Shown here piece after piece: positions 63,519 to 64,000 of a DNA stretch of 64,000 nt. The notes under the pieces were generated by a model. That model had not been told where the DNA came from. It was given only the letters and a program-made list of their open reading frames with translations, and did no database searches. Source of the DNA: Blasia pusilla (Eukaryota). The translations under genes and the position numbers were made by a program. Positions within the stretch are counted from its first letter, which is position 1. Each line of letters starts with the position of its first letter. The stretch lies in NCBI GenBank assembly GCA_050084515.1, contig CM114271.1:8928001-8992000 (forward strand). The letters run 5' to 3'.

Positions 63519-64000
63519 AAGGTGCGGTAAGGGGAGAGGAAGAGAGGAAGAGAGGAGAAAGGAGAGAGGAAACTACCTTTAACCGAAAGAGATACTTTTT
63601 TTTAAGAGAGTTTTCTGCAATTTGAAGAGAGTTTCCGTTGGGTTGAAGAGAGGAAAATTGTTGTGTGAATTTTTTTGCACTTTTCTGCTCAATTCTTAAG
63701 CACTTCCACAAAAGTCTTTTTCCTCTTCCACATTTTGGCAACCCCTCTGAGTCCGACGAGTTGCAAATTGCACAAAATTTAGAAAACTGAAAAATCAGTG
63801 GAATCATAAGTGTGGAACCAATCACTTTTTCCATCCAAGGTCTGGAAAAAATCTATCATTTTCCCTAGGCTGAATAGAGTTCAAGATCAAAGTGAAGGTT
63901 TTGGAAAAATGAAATTACAATCTAAAACCTTATTTTGCATCCTCAAAGTGGTTTGTTTAGAATATTTCACACTTCTTTGAGGGACAAATTGGTTGGTGGA
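63519..64000 (-). mobile_element. Right end of a further Mutator-like copy, continuing off the window
   Basis: Reverse complement of ~61690-62132. Confidence 0.88.

Overview
Eukaryotic land-plant DNA, probably a non-seed plant such as a bryophyte (inferred from the sequence types, not proven). The first 3.8 kb hold the 5' eight coding exons of a UPL3/KAKTUS-type HECT E3 ubiquitin ligase on the minus strand, running off the left edge. The remaining ~59 kb is a nest of decayed transposons: Helitron helicase remnants, a Ty1/copia element, a structurally complete chromodomain Ty3/gypsy element plus two solo LTRs, a Ty3/gypsy family whose ~2.2-kb LTR carries an integrase fragment and a minisatellite, other LTR remnants and a CACTA end. 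Two element families stand out. (1) Two copies of a Ty3/gypsy element encode a C5-cytosine DNA methyltransferase between protease and RT, and a PHD finger after integrase. (2) A Mutator-like element (10-bp TSD, DDE plus SWIM) carries a divergently transcribed accessory gene ending in a degenerate beta-class N4/N6 methyltransferase-like domain, and its non-coding parts are packed with a 29-bp palindrome (TGCAACCCGTCGGAnTCCGACGGGTTGCA). All transposon ORFs here are broken by stops or frameshifts. Domain calls come from motifs read by eye; no searches were run.
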